Shown here: positions 33,812 to 36,558 of the stretch, in pieces
How the letters are laid out: each line of letters starts with the position of its first letter
How positions within the stretch are numbered: position 1 is the first letter of the stretch
Source of the DNA: Haliotis rubra
Taxonomy: Eukaryota
Length of the DNA: 36,558 nucleotides
Assembly (NCBI RefSeq): GCF_003918875.1
Contig: NW_025766982.1
Span: 434,001 to 470,558, forward strand
Direction: 5' to 3'
Notes under the pieces: generated by a model
Database searches by the model: none
Told to the model about the DNA's origin: nothing
The model's input: the letters and a program-made list of their open reading frames with translations, nothing else
Translations under genes and position numbers: made by a program

Positions 33812-36348
33812 TCACATCTCTGTAACCAGCCGTTTATCAACATATGCTTTGATTCTAGGGTTGGCCAAAACGTTGTCACTGCATTTCTTGACCAGAGGGT
33901 AGTCTTCCAGCTTGACCACCGACTCCATTTTATCGGCTAGATCAAACACACTGACGTCAGCAAGAGTGATCTGAAAACAAGTGCCATTAGATCTCTGAAT
34001 ATACAGTAACTTATGATGAAGCGATGTACGGATGATGTCAATGCGTCGCCCGGATGGCTGCGCTCATGAGATGGTTGATGTTCTGATGGTTAATTCTGTT
34101 TGTTCTGTGAGATGAGATGTGTAAGTTTGTAAAGCAAGTAGTATTGACATTTAGACGTAGTTGACGTAGTAGTCATCGTAGTAGTAGTAGTAGACGTAGT
34201 AGTAATCGTAGTAGTAGTAGACGTGGTAGTAGTCGTGGTAGTAGTTGTAGTAGTAGACGTGGTAGTAATCGTAGTAGTAGTAGTAGACGTGGTAGTAGTT
34301 GTAGTAGTAGTAATCGTAGTAGTAGTAGACGTGGTAGTAGTAGTAGACGTAGTAGTAATCGTAGTAGTAGTAGACGTGGTAGTAGTCGTGGTAGTAGTTG
34401 TAGTAGTAGACGTAGTAGTAATCGTAGTAGTAGTAGACGTGGTGGTAGTAGTTGTAGTAGTAGACAGACGTAGTAGTAATCGTAGTAGTAGTAGTAGTAG
34501 ACGTGGTAGTAGTTGTAGTAGTAGACGTAGTAGTAATCGTAGTAGTAGTAGATGTAGTAGACGTAGTAGTAGACATAGTAGTAGTCGTAGTAGTAGTAGT
34601 AAACGTAGTAGTAGTAGTAGACGTAGTAGTAGTAGTCATAGTAGTAGAGGTAGTAGTAGTCGTAGTAGTAGTAGTAGTAGTAGAAAGAGAAGTGATAGTA
34701 GTATGTTTGGTGATAGCAGTCGTAGTGGACGTAACTGTAGTATTTGAAGTAGAAGAGTTGCAAGTAGATGTACTACTAGCCGTTATAGCGGGAGTGTGGT
34801 CGGTTCTAGTGACATGACTGATGGAAAAGGTACGTGTAGTTGTCGTGGTTGCTGATGTTATAGTAATGGAACGAAGCCTTTATCTGATTTTTACGGTTTG
34901 TGTACCTTCTTGCCAATAAAGAATCCAGTACTGCCACTTTTCTTCAGCAACTTCTCCAGCATGCCGAAATACAACGGTACTTTGACTTCCTTCACCCCCT
35001 TCATCAGCTCAGCCTGAAGGAAGAAACCGTTACATATACTACTGATGATGCTGTGCACACAGATCGTATCACCATACACATCATACATTCTTCACAGAGC
35101 CATCTCCGTGTTATTGATGGATTGCTAAGTGTTATGTGTAATAATTATGAACCTGGGCGGTTTCGTCAGATGTCGCCTTTCTAAAACGATTCAGTTTCTG
35201 TACTGTAGCTAAATAATGACGATATAGAACACATGTATGCATCGATAGTACTTTATTTCGATGAGAGGCCATGGCGCTCAGAAACGACCTTTCCCTCAAC
35301 TGTCCAACCTCTTTGAATAAGCGCTATACCAAAGCTGCTGCTGCATTTCACCTGTATCAGGTCCTACTTTCTCAGCATACCATTCAACTTACGCCCCTTA
35401 GTCATCGCCGGGTCCGCTGGGCCTGGATTGCCGCCAGTATGGTCTTTGGACTACCAAAACCACACTTAATTTCGAAGGTAAGCGAGGTATTTAAATCATG
35501 AAAAAACAACATCACCATACTGGCGGCGAATCCAGGCCGAGCGGATCCGGCGATGACTAAGGGGCGCAAGGTGAATGGTATGCTGAGAAAGTAGGATCTC
35601 CCTAATCTAATCTAATCTCTCGTCTAATCAGACACAAGAATTACGGTACCTTCACGGCTTCGTCCTTCTCGACAGCATATAGCAAGTAGGCTTCATAGGC
35701 GTCATAGACGACACCGAGGACCTGATCGATCTCTAGGGCTTCCAGATCGCCGTTACCATAAAAACCTGACACAGACGACATAAGAATATATACACTACTT
35801 GCCTGTACGCGCATAACGTGTCATCATGGTACATGTGTTCTCTATCCTACATCAGATACAATGAAAATGTGCGTGCGTGCGTGCTTGCGTGTGCGTTCGT
35901 GTGTTCTTGTACTAGTCTGGTGGTTCTATGTGCCATTTCTGATATGTCACGCCACCATTCCAAATTAATTCACGTCCTGGACTTAACGCTGAGCTAATGA
36001 CAAGAATGATGAATATTTTACGCCGCACTCAGCAATATTCCAGCTATATGGCGGTGGTCTGTAAATAATGGAGTCTGGATCAGACAATCAAGTGATCAAC
36101 ATTATGAGCATCGATCTACCAAGTCAGCGAGCATGACTACCCGACCCCTTTAGTCGCCACTAACGACAAGCATGGGTTACTGAAGATTAATTCTAACCCG
36201 GACCTTCACGGGTCTATGAATCCCCAAGGTGAACTAGCCTAAGTTGTCGACTCACCAAATGTCTTTGCAAGGTATCTGTGTATGGCGTTACTCTGGCCAA
36301 ACGGTTTCCCATCAATCTCAAGGACGGGAATCTTACCCAGTGGTGTCT
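33812..36348 (-). CDS. GST: Sigma-class glutathione S-transferase GST-E, exons 2-5 (exon 1 lies beyond the right edge)
   Basis: Exons 36348-36256, 35765-35650, 35013-34906, 33970-33812, all GT-AG: TPLGKIPVLEIDGKPFGQSNAIHRYLAKTFGFYGNGDLEALEIDQVLGVVYDAYEAYLLYAVEKDEAVKAELMKGVKEVKVPLYFGMLEKLLKKSGSTGFFIGKKITLADVSVFDLADKMESVVKLEDYPLVKKCSDNVLANPRIKAYVDKRLVTEM*. Confidence 0.92.
34151..34865. repeat. (GTA/ACT)n trinucleotide-derived compound repeat in GST-E intron 4
   Basis: GTA runs punctuated by GAC/ATC/GTC/GTT variants with higher-order periodicity; increasingly degenerate beyond 34683. Confidence 0.93.
35362..35596. mobile_element. Foldback MITE with ~80-bp inverted arms in GST-E intron 3
   Basis: TCCTACTTTCTCAGCATACCATTCA...GCCGCCAGTATGGT (35362-35442) pairs with ACCATACTGGCGGC...TGAATGGTATGCTGAGAAAGTAGGA (35514-35596). 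Confidence 0.88.
36015..36214 (-). mobile_element. Family-2 retroposon
   Basis: The reverse complement begins GACCCGTGAAGGTCCGGGTTAGAATTAATCTTCAGTAACCC. It has an internal deletion and the shared tail. Confidence 0.85.
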
Positions 36349-36558
36349 CTGTAAAATGAAGTTTACTTTTAATTAGAATGTTTAATGGCTTGGTGAATGA
36401 ATGTGCACTTTCGATTTTAATTCTCAGCTCCCCGAGGATCATACAGCCCCAGTTGCCATTGGCGCTAAGTAAGATAAGTAGCTGCAACCGGTTATCTGTT
36501 TGCTAAACAGAAGCATGGTTCCACCAGTCTTACCTGAGAATTACACTTTGTTCATTGA

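Noticed and set aside
34151-34817. Poly-Val, poly-Tyr, poly-Leu and poly-Ser ORFs
   Set aside because: They are by-products of a trinucleotide repeat inside an intron.

Overview
Eukaryotic, intron-containing, repeat-rich genomic DNA from an invertebrate, most likely a mollusc such as an abalone-like gastropod (inferred from the GST sequences and repeat landscape, not verified). The window is part of a head-to-tail tandem array of at least five sigma-class glutathione S-transferase genes, all on the minus strand. They share one 5-exon architecture (133/93/116/105-108/159-162 nt, intron phases 1,1,0,0): GST-A (exon 1 only, 500-632), GST-B (6559-11037), GST-C (13672-17929), GST-D (24885-31731) and GST-E (exons 2-5, 33812-36348). 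GST-B and GST-C lie in a recent ~7 kb tandem duplication. GST-B keeps an intact 202-aa frame but its catalytic Tyr8 is replaced by Ser. The rest of the window is decayed LINE, Penelope, Tc1 and MULE elements, MITEs, microsatellites, three N gaps and two short retroposon families that share a 3' tail. One of these families has a tRNA-like head; the other has a fixed, pseudoknot-capable structured 5' end. All exon boundaries and translations were read by hand from the sequence.
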